Below, in pieces: positions 21,379-31,078 of a stretch of DNA of 52,154 nt. A program made the position numbers and the translations under genes. The stretch lies in assembly GCA_025965915.1 (NCBI GenBank), contig JAOPWA010000079.1, positions 1-52,154 on the forward strand. The letters run 5' to 3'. The notes beneath the pieces were generated by a model, which did no database searches, was not told the origin of the DNA, and was given only the letters and a program-made list of their open reading frames with translations. How positions within the stretch are numbered: position 1 is the stretch's first letter; every line of letters starts with the position of its first letter. Source of the DNA: Dactylosporangium sp. (lineage in GTDB: Bacteria > Actinomycetota > Actinomycetes > Mycobacteriales > Micromonosporaceae).

Positions 21379-22449
21379 TCAGGTCAGCCGGCGGGTGGCG
21401 GCCGCGGCGAGGTCGGTCAGCGCCTCGACGCCCTCGGCATCGAGGGGCACGGTGCCGAGCGCGGCCAGGGCCGACCGGGTCAGCTCGGCGATGCGCTCCT
21501 CGGTGCGATCCAGCGCCCCGGTCGCAGTGATGATCTCACGCAGCCGGCGAACGCCGGCCTCGTCGAGGTTCGGATTGCCGAGACCTTCGCGCAACTGCCG
21601 CCCGGACGCCTCGTCGGCCGCCTCGAAGGCCGCCGCCACCAGGTAGGTGCGCTTGCCCTCACGCAGGTCGTCGCCGGCCGGCTTGCCGGTCACCGCCGGG
21701 TCACCGAAGACCCCGAGTACGTCGTCGCGCAGTTGGAACGCCTCGCCGAGCGGCAGGCCGAACGCCGAGTACGCCCGGACGACGTCGGCGGGTGCGTCCG
21801 CGAGGGCGGCGCCGAGCAGTAGGGGCCGCTCCACCGTGTACTTCGCCGACTTGAAGCGCGCCACCAGCCCGGCCCGTTGCAGCGACGTGTCGCCGGTGAC
21901 CTGGGTGTGGATGTCGAGGTACTGCCCGACGGTGACCTCGGTGCGCATGTCATCGAAGACACTCCGCGCCCGGGCCAGGGTCGCGGGGTCGAGACCGCTG
22001 CTGTGCAGCAACTCGTCGGACCAGACCAGGCACAGGTCGCCGAGCAGGATGGCCGACGCCATGCCGAAGTCTTCCGGCTCGCCCAGCCATTTCGACTCGC
22101 CGTGTAGCGACGCGAAGTGCCGGTGTACGGCGGGCTCGCCCCGGCGGGTGTCGGAGCCGTCCATCACGTCGTCATGGATAAGCGCGCTGGCCTGTACGAA
22201 CTCGAGTGCCGCCGCCCCGGCGACGACCTCGTCGCGGTCGATCCCGCCAGCGGCCCGGTAGCCCCAGTAGGCGAACGCCGGGCGCAGCCGCTTGCCGCCG
22301 CCGAGGACGAACTTCTCGATGGCGTCGGCGACCGGCACCAGGGCCTCGTCGATGGTCGTGAGATGGTCGCGCCTGCGGGCCAGGAACGCGCAGAGGGCGG
22401 CGTCCACGCGCGTACGCAGACCGGCCCGGTCCAACACAGACGCCGTCAC
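21379..22449 (-). CDS. crtE: polyprenyl (GGPP) synthetase
   Basis: GGKRLRP, LIHDDVMDGSDTRRG (FARM), FQLRDD (SARM) and DDLREGKRT. Confidence 0.9.
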   Translation of the reverse strand: MTASVLDRAGLRTRVDAALCAFLARRRDHLTTIDEALVPVADAIEKFVLGGGKRLRPAFAYWGYRAAGGIDRDEVVAGAAALEFVQASALIHDDVMDGSDTRRGEPAVHRHFASLHGESKWLGEPEDFGMASAILLGDLCLVWSDELLHSSGLDPATLARARSVFDDMRTEVTVGQYLDIHTQVTGDTSLQRAGLVARFKSAKYTVERPLLLGAALADAPADVVRAYSAFGLPLGEAFQLRDDVLGVFGDPAVTGKPAGDDLREGKRTYLVAAAFEAADEASGRQLREGLGNPNLDEAGVRRLREIITATGALDRTEERIAELTRSALAALGTVPLDAEGVEALTDLAAAATRRLT

Positions 22450-22466
22450 GAGACCCGAACTTAGTC

Positions 22467-23876
22467 TCACCCGGCCCGGGCCGCGGCGGCGCCCCCCGGG
22501 CCGGTGGGGAGGTAGGGAACAGCGGATCGGTAGAGGTCGGCGTAGTCGCGAACGGCCGGCACAGCGCGCAGCGGGCGCAGACGCGGATGCAGTGCGGTGA
22601 GCTGACGCAGGGCGCGGACGGAGCCGACGCGTACGGTCGTGAGCAGCGCTGCCCGCGCGGTCGCGCAGGCACCTTCCACCTCGCGGGTGTCCAGCTGCGC
22701 GGCCGCGAGCCAGCCGGCGTACAGCGCCCAGGCCCGCAACCGGATCCGCCGGTCGGCGAGCGCGGCGCGAAGTAGCGGCTCGGCCACCCGAGGGCGGCCC
22801 AGCGCGGCGTAGCAGCGGCCGGTCATCGCGGTCAGCTCGGCATCGTCGAACCAGTACAGCCAAGCCGGGTCGCGCTCGGGGTCCCGCCGTTCGAACGCCC
22901 GCTCCGCTCCGGCGAGGGCCTGCTCGCAGGCACGGCGCTGCCCGGCACGCGCCGCCGCGAACGCCATGCGGTGCAGCAGCAGGGCGCGGGCCGTCGCCGA
23001 CGCCGTCGGGCGGGCCAGTCGGTATCCCTGCCGCGCCAGTTCCAGCGCCGCCCGCGGGTCGTGCGCGGCGCCGGCGGGTGAGGGGCCCGCGTTTGCGGTG
23101 TCGCCCGCGTTGAGGTGGGCGAGCGTCGTGAGCAGGTGGCCCAACAGGCCATGCGCCCCGGCGGCGGTCGCCGCCTCGACGCCCACCCGGTGCGCGCGTC
23201 GGGCCCGAACGGGTGCACCCGCGTCGGCCGCCACCCAACAGGTGAGCTGGGCCAGTTCGGCGACGGCCGGCAGCAGGCGTCGGCGCTGCACCTCGCTCAG
23301 GTTGCCCGGGCGGAGCAGGCGCAGCGCGGCCGACAGTTCCCGACCGGTCAGCCTGGTCAGGTCTGCGCCGCCGACAAGGTCGTCCATCCGCCGCAGCGCC
23401 GCGATGCGCGAAGCCAGCATCGTCGCGTCCATCCGGGTGGCCGGACCCTCGACCGGGGCGTTCGTCGCGCCCGCGACCGCGGGCAGTGGGGCGTTCGTCG
23501 CGCCCGCGACCGCAGCTAGCGGGGCGTTCGTCGCGCCCGCGTCCGCCGGCAGCCAACTCTCTGGGGGATCTGCCGTCAGGCCAGCGGGAGCGTCGCCGCG
23601 CCGAGCACGGGCGAAGCCGGCGGCGCGCTCCAGATCATCGAGCGGCACGTCGAGAACGACCGCCAGCCACCGCAACCAGCGCTGGCTCGGGATGCGCTCC
23701 TCCCGCTCCCACCGGGAAACCTCGTGGCGGGTCAGGGTCGGCACGCCGGACGCGGCGCATAACAATTCCGCAACCCGAAGCTGTGACCGGCCCGATGCCA
23801 GCCGGACCCGAACGAGCAACGCTCCGATGCACTCCGACCCGGATTCCGGATCGAAGTCCTGTCGCGAGGGAGTCAT
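22467..23876 (-). CDS. XRE-family HTH regulator with a TPR-like C-terminus
   Basis: SGRSQLRVAE..TRHEVSRWEREERIP; LRRMDDLVGG and PAWLYWFD motifs. Confidence 0.85.
   Translation of the reverse strand: MTPSRQDFDPESGSECIGALLVRVRLASGRSQLRVAELLCAASGVPTLTRHEVSRWEREERIPSQRWLRWLAVVLDVPLDDLERAAGFARARRGDAPAGLTADPPESWLPADAGATNAPLAAVAGATNAPLPAVAGATNAPVEGPATRMDATMLASRIAALRRMDDLVGGADLTRLTGRELSAALRLLRPGNLSEVQRRRLLPAVAELAQLTCWVAADAGAPVRARRAHRVGVEAATAAGAHGLLGHLLTTLAHLNAGDTANAGPSPAGAAHDPRAALELARQGYRLARPTASATARALLLHRMAFAAARAGQRRACEQALAGAERAFERRDPERDPAWLYWFDDAELTAMTGRCYAALGRPRVAEPLLRAALADRRIRLRAWALYAGWLAAAQLDTREVEGACATARAALLTTVRVGSVRALRQLTALHPRLRPLRAVPAVRDYADLYRSAVPYLPTGPGGAAAARAG
23455..23553. repeat. 33-bp in-frame tandem repeat x3 (AGATNAPLxAV) in the XRE linker
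   Basis: ggggcgttcgtcgcgcccgcg at 23455, 23488 and 23521. Confidence 0.92.
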
Positions 23877-23980
23877 GGAACAACCTCCGTACGGTGGACG
23901 CCTACGTCGCGCCCTCCGAATCTCTGCGACCCCCGCGAGGTCAGTGGTACCGCAGAGGTACGACGGTTCGTCAACGTGGA

Positions 23981-24061
23981 CCAAGATCCCGGTGAGGTCT
24001 GCGTTACTGAGGTCTCAACCGCTCTGAGACCTCAGTAACGCAGACCCGGCGGGGATCTTGG
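23981..24061. repeat. 81-bp palindromic element with ccaagatc...gatcttgg ends
   Basis: 22-bp perfect core ggtctgcgttactgaggtctca / tgagacctcagtaacgcagacc with a 7-nt loop; followed by 13-bp gagcgtgctgccg x3 (third copy imperfect). Confidence 0.9.
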
Positions 24062-24185
24062 AGCGTGCTGCCGGAGCGTGCTGCCGGAGCGTGCCGTCGC
24101 CGACCCGATACGCGGCGGAGATCACGTCGCCACCTGCCGGGACAACCAGGGCGAATGCGGGTCTATGTTGGGTACAGTCCCAGCC

Positions 24186-25103
24186 GTGGCCCTTGGACTC
24201 CCATCAGTGATGCCCGGCGAGAAGCCGTCGATCGGCGACCTGGTGCGCTCTTCGGGGCCAACGTTCTCGTTCGAGTTCTTCCCGCCGAAGACCGCCGACG
24301 GTGAGCGGCTGCTCTGGCAGGCCATCCGCGAGCTGGAGTCGTTGCAGCCGTCGTTCGTGTCGATCACGTACGGTGCGGGTGGCTCGACCCGCGACACCAC
24401 GATCGCGCTGACCGAACGGATCGCGACCGAGACCACCCTGCTGCCGTTGGCGCACCTCACCGCGGTCAATCACTCGGTCGCCGAGCTTCGCCGCGTCATC
24501 GGCAACTACGCCGAGGTGGGCATCCACAACGTGCTCGTGCTGCGCGGCGACCCGCCCGGCGACCCGCAGGCGGAGTGGGTGGCGCACCCGGAGGGCCTGC
24601 GCTACGCCAGCGAACTGGTCCGGCTCGTGCGGGAGAGCGGCGACTTCTGTGTCGGGGTTGCCGCGTTCCCGGAGAAGCACCCCCGTTCGCCCGACCTCGA
24701 CACCGACGTGGACTACTTCGTCCGCAAGTGCCGCGCCGGCGCCGACTTCGCCATCACGCAGTTCTTCTTCCGATGGGAGGACTGGGCCCGGCTGCGTGAC
24801 GGGGTGGCCGCCCGCGGCTGCGACGTGCCGATCATCGCGGGGGTCATGCCGGTCACCAACGTCAAGAGCATCGAGACGATGGCGAAGCTGTCGGGCGCGG
24901 CCTTCCCGGCCGACTTCGCCAAGCGGCTGCACGCGGTCGCCGACGACGCCGCGGCGGTACGGGAGATCGGGGTCGAGGTGGCCACCGAACTGTGCGAGCG
25001 GCTGCTCGCCGAGGGAGTGCCGGGGATCCACTTCATCACCCTCAACCGGTCGACGGCTACTCGGGAGATCTGGCGCAACCTCGCCGTGCACGCCACTCCT
25101 TGA
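24186..25103 (+). CDS. metF: 5,10-methylenetetrahydrofolate reductase
   Basis: [37 protein letters not shown] and HFITLNR; -10 TACAGT 7 nt before the GTG. Confidence 0.95.
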   Translation: MALGLPSVMPGEKPSIGDLVRSSGPTFSFEFFPPKTADGERLLWQAIRELESLQPSFVSITYGAGGSTRDTTIALTERIATETTLLPLAHLTAVNHSVAELRRVIGNYAEVGIHNVLVLRGDPPGDPQAEWVAHPEGLRYASELVRLVRESGDFCVGVAAFPEKHPRSPDLDTDVDYFVRKCRAGADFAITQFFFRWEDWARLRDGVAARGCDVPIIAGVMPVTNVKSIETMAKLSGAAFPADFAKRLHAVADDAAAVREIGVEVATELCERLLAEGVPGIHFITLNRSTATREIWRNLAVHATP

Positions 25104-25753
25104 TGCCGACGTGGGAGGAGTACGCGGCCGGCTGGCGTGACCTGCACGGTGGGTACGACCCCAGGGCCGGCTCGCCGTTCGTGCGGGGTTGGCTGCGGCT
25201 GGCGTACGTGCTCGGGCGCGCCGCGGCCCGCGCCGGTGCCACCCCGACCGTGGTGACGGGCATCGGATTGATTCTGTCGGTGGGTGTACCGGTGGTGGCA
25301 CGGCTGCCGTTCCTCGCGGCGGTGCTGGTGCTGCTGTCGGCCGTCGCGGACACGATCGACGGCGCGGTCGCGGTGCTGACCGGTCGCGCCTCGCGTTCAG
25401 GCCAGGTGTACGACGGACTCGCCGACCGGGTCAGCGAGGCGTGCTGGCTGGTGGCGCTGTGGTTTCTGGGTCCGCCGGGGTGGCTGCTGCTCGGCTGTGG
25501 GGGCCTGTCCTGGCTGCACGAGTACGTGCGGGCGCGGGCGGCAGCGGCGGGCATGAGCGAGATCGGGGTGGTGACGGTCGCGGAGCGGCCGACCCGGATC
25601 ATCCTGGTCGTGGCGAGCCTGGTCGTGGCCGGGTTCCTGCCGCAAGGACCGCGAGCGGCGGCCGTGACGGTCCTCGTCGGGATCTGGGCCGTGCTGGCCG
25701 TGGTCGGCTTCGGTCAGCTCATCGTCGCCGTACACGCGAAGCTGAGAAGCTAA
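25103..25753 (+). CDS. CDP-alcohol phosphatidyltransferase family protein
   Basis: DTIDGAVAVLTGRASRSGQVYDGLADRVSE motif. Confidence 0.9.
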   Translation: MPTWEEYAAGWRDLHGGYDPRAGSPFVRGWLRLAYVLGRAAARAGATPTVVTGIGLILSVGVPVVARLPFLAAVLVLLSAVADTIDGAVAVLTGRASRSGQVYDGLADRVSEACWLVALWFLGPPGWLLLGCGGLSWLHEYVRARAAAAGMSEIGVVTVAERPTRIILVVASLVVAGFLPQGPRAAAVTVLVGIWAVLAVVGFGQLIVAVHAKLRS

Positions 25754-27228
25754 GCCGACCCGATCTGGCCGGCCACGATCTTCGCCGACAGCATGACCAT
25801 CGGCAGTCCGCCTCCGGGGTGCACCGATCCGCCGACGAGGAACAGGCCACGGACCGGCCCCCGGTTGTCGGGCCGGCGCAGCCCGGTGAGCCCGTGCACG
25901 GGCGTACCGTAGATCGCCCCGCCCGGGGAAGCGGTCCTGGCCTGCAGATCGGCCGGCGTGAACAGCTCCCGGAACAGCACCCGGTCGCGCACCTCCACGC
26001 CGCGGGCGGCGAGCACGTCCAGGATCCGGTTGGCGTACCGCTGCGCCAGTTCCTTGACCGTCCAGTCGACACCCGCCGCGTTGTCGCCGTGGGGTGGCGC
26101 GTTGACCAGCACAAACCACGCCTCATGGCCATCGGGGCGCACCAGCGGATCGTCGGCGACCGTGACGAAGACCGCCGGATCGCGGGCGGGCTTTGCCACC
26201 ACGCCCCGGCGCGGGCCGCCGAAGACGTCGTCGAACTCGGCGTCGTAACCGCGGGGGAACAGCACGGTGTGGTGGGCGAGGCCCGGGGTACGCCCGTGTA
26301 CGCCGAGCAGCATGACGAAGCCGGCCAGGCTGCGCTCCCGCAGGCGGGCCGCCCGGCGCTTGTCGGGCAGGAGGTCGCGGTACACCTCCAGGGCGTCGGT
26401 GTTGGCCACCACGATGTCGGCGGGAACCTGGGCTCCGTCGGCCAGCCGGACTCCGTGCACCCGCCCGCCGGCGGCCTCGATCTCCACCACCCGGGTACCG
26501 AGGCGCACGCGTACCCCCTGTTCGTCACAGCGGGCGAGTAACGCGTCGGCCAGGGTGTTCAGGCCGCCGCGCAGGTACCAGCCGCCGTAGCGCATTTCGG
26601 CGTACGGGATCGCCAGCAGCGCGGCCGGGGCGCGCCGCGGGTCGGCGCCGGAGTAGGTGGCGTACCGCTCGAGCAGGGTGCGCATCCTCGGGTCGGACAG
26701 ATATTTGCGGCTCACTCCCCGGATGGTCTGCCCCGGCCCGATCGCGTTCAGGTCGCCGACCCGCCAGGCCAGCTTGGACAGGGCAAGGGTCGAGCGGGCC
26801 GGTGTGGTGAGTACATGCCGCCAGGACGCCTCCCACACGCGCTCGGCGCGCCGCCACAGCACCCGCCACTCGTTCGCGGACCGTTCGCCCATGGCCGCGG
26901 CGATCCGCCGGGTGAACTCCGTCTGGTCGGTACACGAGTCGAGCACGGTGCCGTCGGGGAAGCGGTGACGCACGATCGGGTCGAGTTCGACGAGGTGTCC
27001 GGCCAGGTCGTCCCCGAGCAGGTCGGAGACGATGTGGGGGAGGGTCAGCAGGCTGGGGCCGGTGTCGAAGCGGAAGGTGCCCGCGCGGGTTTTGTGTACG
27101 TGCCGGCCGAGTTTGCCGCCGACAGCGCCGGCGCGCTCGTACACGGTGACCCGGTGACCCGCCGTCGCGAGGCGCAGTGCGATGGCCAGGCCGCCGACAC
27201 CGGCGCCGATGACCACGACCTCGCTCAT
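25750..27228 (-). CDS. phytoene desaturase family protein (probably a CrtD-like hydroxycarotenoid desaturase)
   Basis: VVIGAGVGGL, FDTGPSLLT and GSVHPGGGLP; located in the carotenoid operon. Confidence 0.88.
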   Translation of the reverse strand: MSEVVVIGAGVGGLAIALRLATAGHRVTVYERAGAVGGKLGRHVHKTRAGTFRFDTGPSLLTLPHIVSDLLGDDLAGHLVELDPIVRHRFPDGTVLDSCTDQTEFTRRIAAAMGERSANEWRVLWRRAERVWEASWRHVLTTPARSTLALSKLAWRVGDLNAIGPGQTIRGVSRKYLSDPRMRTLLERYATYSGADPRRAPAALLAIPYAEMRYGGWYLRGGLNTLADALLARCDEQGVRVRLGTRVVEIEAAGGRVHGVRLADGAQVPADIVVANTDALEVYRDLLPDKRRAARLRERSLAGFVMLLGVHGRTPGLAHHTVLFPRGYDAEFDDVFGGPRRGVVAKPARDPAVFVTVADDPLVRPDGHEAWFVLVNAPPHGDNAAGVDWTVKELAQRYANRILDVLAARGVEVRDRVLFRELFTPADLQARTASPGGAIYGTPVHGLTGLRRPDNRGPVRGLFLVGGSVHPGGGLPMVMLSAKIVAGQIGSA

Positions 27229-27261
27229 GTGCTGTCGTCCTTTGCCCGGGGGAGTAGCGGT

Positions 27262-28467
27262 TTAGAGGGACACGGATCCCGACGACTGTCGGTTCGGCTC
27301 GACCGACCGGTTTTTCCAGGTCAGTGTGCCTTGGCGGCGGCGCCGAAACGAGACCGCGACCAGGAAGGCGAAGGCCACGACCGAGACGGGGTGGGCCAGC
27401 GCGTCGGGAAACCACCGCCCACCGGTCACCCGGGCCGTGATCATCCGGCCAGCGACACCGGACAGGTAGCCGGCCAGCCCCGCCAGCGAGCCGGCCAGCC
27501 CCGCCAGCGAGCCGGCCAGCAGTAGCGCGAACGGCAGCACGTACAGCACGACCAGCATCGCCACGACCGCCACCGCCCCGGCGGGCGAGCCGAAGGAGGC
27601 CCACAGCGACTTGCCGTACCCGTCGGTCAGGTCCCGCCACGACGTGTACATCCGGCACGTCGCCAGCGTCGATCCGTCGGCGAGCGCGATCCGCCCGCCG
27701 GCCCGTTTGACCGCTCTGGCCAGTTCGATGTCCTCCAGTACCCGGTCGCGTACGGCCGTGTGACCGCCGGCCCGCGCGTACGTGTCGGCCTTCACCACCA
27801 GGAACTGCCCGCCGGCGGCCGCAAGCGACGGCCGCCGCGAGCGCTCCATCGCGCGCAGTGGCAGGAACGTCAGCCACGACCACTGCAACAGCGGCTGCAC
27901 GAGCCGCTCACCGACCGACCCCGCCACGATCTTCGGGTACGGGGAGACCAGATCAATCGTGTCGGTCCCATCGACCCCTTCGAGTAGTGCGACTGCCGCG
28001 GCCACGGCATGCGGGGCGAGCACCACGTCGGCGTCGACGAACACGAGGATGCCGGCGGCGGTGGCGGCGGCGAGTTGCGCGCACGCGTGCGGCTTGCCGA
28101 GCCAGCCGGCCGGCAGCGGAGCACCGGTGACCAGCCGAACCCGCTCGCGCGCGATTGACCGCACAAGGTCGGCCGTCCCGTCGGTGGACCCGTCATCGAG
28201 TACGACGATCTCCAGCGCCGGTACGTCCCGCTGGGCCAGTAGTGCCCGCAGGCACGGCTCCACTCGGTGCGCCTCGTCGCGCACCGGCAGCAGTACGGCG
28301 ACCGACCGGTCGGTCGCGGGCGGCCGGGCCGCCGGTCGGCGCAACAGCGCGGCGTTGACGGCGGCGTGGACGGTCAACGCGCCGGCGCCGACGGCGGCGA
28401 TCCAAGCGACCCAGGCGACCCAGGCGACCCCGGCGACCCCGGCGACCCAAGCGAACCCGGCGATCAT
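27262..28467 (-). CDS. family 2 glycosyltransferase (CruC-like carotenoid glycosyltransferase)
   Basis: LPVRDEA, LDDGSTDGT, GWLGKPHAC, FVDAD and LEDIELAR; 9-bp AWV/AGV repeats at the N-terminus. Confidence 0.9.
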   Translation of the reverse strand: MIAGFAWVAGVAGVAWVAWVAWIAAVGAGALTVHAAVNAALLRRPAARPPATDRSVAVLLPVRDEAHRVEPCLRALLAQRDVPALEIVVLDDGSTDGTADLVRSIARERVRLVTGAPLPAGWLGKPHACAQLAAATAAGILVFVDADVVLAPHAVAAAVALLEGVDGTDTIDLVSPYPKIVAGSVGERLVQPLLQWSWLTFLPLRAMERSRRPSLAAAGGQFLVVKADTYARAGGHTAVRDRVLEDIELARAVKRAGGRIALADGSTLATCRMYTSWRDLTDGYGKSLWASFGSPAGAVAVVAMLVVLYVLPFALLLAGSLAGLAGSLAGLAGYLSGVAGRMITARVTGGRWFPDALAHPVSVVAFAFLVAVSFRRRRQGTLTWKNRSVEPNRQSSGSVSL

Positions 28468-29315
28468 GCTGGGATCCGCCCCTCTTCCTGAGGAGGGCGC
28501 CCCTCTACCTGCCCACGCCGTAATAGGGGCGCCCTCCTCAAGAAAGCCCCCAACAGGGCGCCCCTCCTCAAGAGGGCCCCGCCCCGGACCAGAACCACCG
28601 CCAACGGCACCGCCACGCACCCCATGCCCAGCCCGCCCCAGGCCGCCGACGCGGGGAGGTGCAGGAACACCGCGTGCGCCAGCCCGCCGGAGGCGTACGT
28701 CCAGAGGTACAGCGCATGCATCGGGGCGTCGGGCCCGGGCCGGCGGGTGTCCGGGACCATGGCGATCAGCGCCATCACGACGACCGCGACGACCAGCCAG
28801 CCCAGGTAGTTGGAGACCGGAATGTCAGGTACGCCGGGAAGCGCCGGCTGGGGGTCGCGCCACGTCCAGTACCCTTCGGCGACCATCTGCGGATCGAGGA
28901 ACAGGTCCCACGCCGCGAGCGCGAGACCGGCCAGCGCCACCCTGGCGGGCCCGGTGACCAGCCGCCCCGCCACCAGCCAGGCCGGCCAGGCCATCCACGT
29001 CCAGGCGAGCGGGATCACCAACGGCACCCCGAGCAGCTTCAATCCCAGCGCGTCGGCGTAGGTGTAGGCGCCGAACGGAAAGCCGGTCGCCACCCCGAGC
29101 GCCTCGACGGCCAGCCCGCCGGCGCCCGCCACGAGCACCAGTGCGGCGACGGCCCGCCAGCCTCGGCTGACCGCCGCGTGGGTGACCGAGATCGCGTACC
29201 CCAGCAGCACGGTGACCACCGTCAGCCGCGCCCGGGCCGCACCGTCGACCAGCGGGTATCCGATCTCGGCCAGGACCAGCGCCGCGAACCCCGCCCAGAC
29301 GAACCGGTACCTCAT
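28464..29315 (-). CDS. cruF: carotenoid biosynthesis protein (CruF/DUF422 hydratase)
   Basis: VEALGVATGFPFGAYTY, VPLVIPLAW, WDLFLDPQM and PVSNYLGW. Confidence 0.85.
   Translation of the reverse strand: MRYRFVWAGFAALVLAEIGYPLVDGAARARLTVVTVLLGYAISVTHAAVSRGWRAVAALVLVAGAGGLAVEALGVATGFPFGAYTYADALGLKLLGVPLVIPLAWTWMAWPAWLVAGRLVTGPARVALAGLALAAWDLFLDPQMVAEGYWTWRDPQPALPGVPDIPVSNYLGWLVVAVVVMALIAMVPDTRRPGPDAPMHALYLWTYASGGLAHAVFLHLPASAAWGGLGMGCVAVPLAVVLVRGGALLRRGALLGAFLRRAPLLRRGQVEGRPPQEEGRIPA
28484..28573. repeat. REP-like palindrome inside the cruF 3' end, plus an extra half copy
   Basis: tgaggagggcgcccct (28489-28504) / aggggcgccctcctca (28525-28540); extra arm at 28555-28573; same element as 45408-45467. 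Confidence 0.92.
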
Positions 29316-29866
29316 ACCGCGACGTGCACGGGCAGCGGTAGGGATCGACCCAGGATCCCGAAGGCACGGTCGTCGCCCGGAAAGTAGAAGTTGCGCAGGA
29401 CGTCGACGAAGCCGAAGCGGCGGTACAGCCGCCAGGCGCGGGAGATGTTCTCGTCGGCTTCCGGCGTCGACAGCAGGACGGTGTGGTGGAGGACGCCGGA
29501 CAGCAGCGCGCGCAGTTGCCGCCGGCCGATGCCGTGCCCCTGCTCGGTCGGGCGTACGTGCAGCTCCACCAACTCGAAACAGTCCGACAGCCAGGCCTTG
29601 CCGTCGTCGCGGCGAAGCGACGCTCTGATCTGGTCGTGCCACCACTGACCTGGGGTGGACGTGTAGCCGTACCCGAAGCCGAGCAGCGAGCCGTCGTCAC
29701 CGATCGTGGCGACCCCCCGGAAGCCCGGCCGGCCGGCGTGCGCCGCCACGTACCCGCGGCGGGTCTGCAGCAGTTCGGCGTGGTAACCCATCGCCGAGCC
29801 GTACACCTCGATCACGTCGTCGAGCCGGTGCACCAGGTCGTCGGGCTGCCACGCCACGAGCCTCAT
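29312..29866 (-). CDS. GNAT family N-acetyltransferase
   Basis: ELVELHVRPTEQGHGIGR and AWRLYRRFGF. Confidence 0.9.
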   Translation of the reverse strand: MRLVAWQPDDLVHRLDDVIEVYGSAMGYHAELLQTRRGYVAAHAGRPGFRGVATIGDDGSLLGFGYGYTSTPGQWWHDQIRASLRRDDGKAWLSDCFELVELHVRPTEQGHGIGRRQLRALLSGVLHHTVLLSTPEADENISRAWRLYRRFGFVDVLRNFYFPGDDRAFGILGRSLPLPVHVAV

Positions 29867-30576
29867 CGCCGGTCGTCCTTTCCGTTCCAGCCGAGCACGT
29901 CGCGGTCGCCGTCGACGTGGAGCACCGTGAATCGGGCGAAAAGCTCCTCCGCGTACCACCGCTGGATAGGCGTCGCCGTGATCGCAGCCCGGTGCTCCGA
30001 CCGACCGTACGCGAAGCCTCGGAGATCCGTGGCGCCCTGCCACACACTGACCGTGCCCTGCCAGCCCAGCGGGGCTTCCCCGACGCCGAACGCGGTGAGC
30101 AGACCCGGTGCGGCCGGCAGGGTCGCCGCGACGGTCGGGATCGCGCGCCAGAACGCCGTCGCCTGCGGGAGCCGCAGCCGGGCGCGGGTGAGCGCGAGAA
30201 CCGGACCGTCGTGTTCGCGTCGTTCGTCCGCGTCCACGTCGAATGGTGAGCGGCCGGCCCATGCGCCGCGGCTGCTCACCGGCCGGAGCGCAAGCCGGCA
30301 GCGCGCCGTCGCGATCGCGCCCCAGGCCCGGCCGACCGGCGAGTCGTCGAAGCGGTCGGCCTCGGTCGCGTCGTTCCACGCGACGACGGCTGCCCACCGG
30401 GTGGGATCGGCGTCGGTGGGTCCGAAGCGAAGGTCACGACCCGTGCCGAGCAGCTTCGCGAAGGACACCCCACGGGTACGGCGCAGCCGCTGCCGGTCGA
30501 GCGCCATGCGCCAGAGTGCGCGGGGCAGGGCGGCCGGCGGTACCCGCCAGACGTGGAGGGTGACGAGTTTGTTCAC
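29863..30576 (-). CDS. crtA: spheroidene monooxygenase-like protein
   Basis: FAKLLGTG, GVGEAPLGWQGTVSVW, FAY...H and WYAEELFARF. Confidence 0.75.
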   Translation of the reverse strand: MNKLVTLHVWRVPPAALPRALWRMALDRQRLRRTRGVSFAKLLGTGRDLRFGPTDADPTRWAAVVAWNDATEADRFDDSPVGRAWGAIATARCRLALRPVSSRGAWAGRSPFDVDADERREHDGPVLALTRARLRLPQATAFWRAIPTVAATLPAAPGLLTAFGVGEAPLGWQGTVSVWQGATDLRGFAYGRSEHRAAITATPIQRWYAEELFARFTVLHVDGDRDVLGWNGKDDRR

Positions 30577-31061
30577 GCCACCTCGGCCGGGTAGCCCGAC
30601 GTGATCCGGATCAGTTCGGTGTACTCGACGGGGAAGACGGCCTGTGGGATGCCACCGGCAGCCCATATCTGGTCGTAGCCTTTCAGCGCGGTATCCACGA
30701 GCGTGCGTACCTGCTTCGGGTGGCCCAGCGGCGCCACGCCACCGATCGGCTGGCCGGTGTGGCGGCGTACGAAGTCGGGGGTGGCCCGGCGTATCTTCTG
30801 CGCGCCGACCAGCTTGGCCACCTTCGCGGTGTCCACCCGGTGGGCGCCGGAGGTGAGGATGAGCAGCGCCTCACCGTCGGCGTCGAAGATGAGGGAGTTG
30901 GCTATCTGGCCGACCTGTACGCCCAGCGCCGCCGCGGCCGCCACTGCCGTGTGGACCGCGTCGGGCAGGATCCGGACCGTGCTCGGCTGGCCCTGGGCAT
31001 CGCGCGCGCCGGCCGAGCCGAGCGCGTCCTGCACCGTCTGTGCGTTGGGGTGAAGCTGCAT
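30573..31061 (-). CDS. YbaK/EbsC family (aminoacyl-tRNA deacylase-like) protein
   Basis: TAVAAAAALGVQVGQIANSL, GQPIGGVAPLGH and WAAGG. Confidence 0.92.
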   Translation of the reverse strand: MQLHPNAQTVQDALGSAGARDAQGQPSTVRILPDAVHTAVAAAAALGVQVGQIANSLIFDADGEALLILTSGAHRVDTAKVAKLVGAQKIRRATPDFVRRHTGQPIGGVAPLGHPKQVRTLVDTALKGYDQIWAAGGIPQAVFPVEYTELIRITSGYPAEVA

Positions 31062-31078
31062 GGGTCCATCTTGGCCGA

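Noticed and set aside
21379-23556. 725-aa ORF extending crtE
   Set aside because: The N-terminal half is an out-of-frame shadow of the XRE gene; the prenyltransferase starts at GTG 22449
23900-24185. SAH/SAM riboswitch upstream of metF
   Set aside because: Consensus motifs not found, and metF looks leaderless (TACAGT 7 nt before the GTG)
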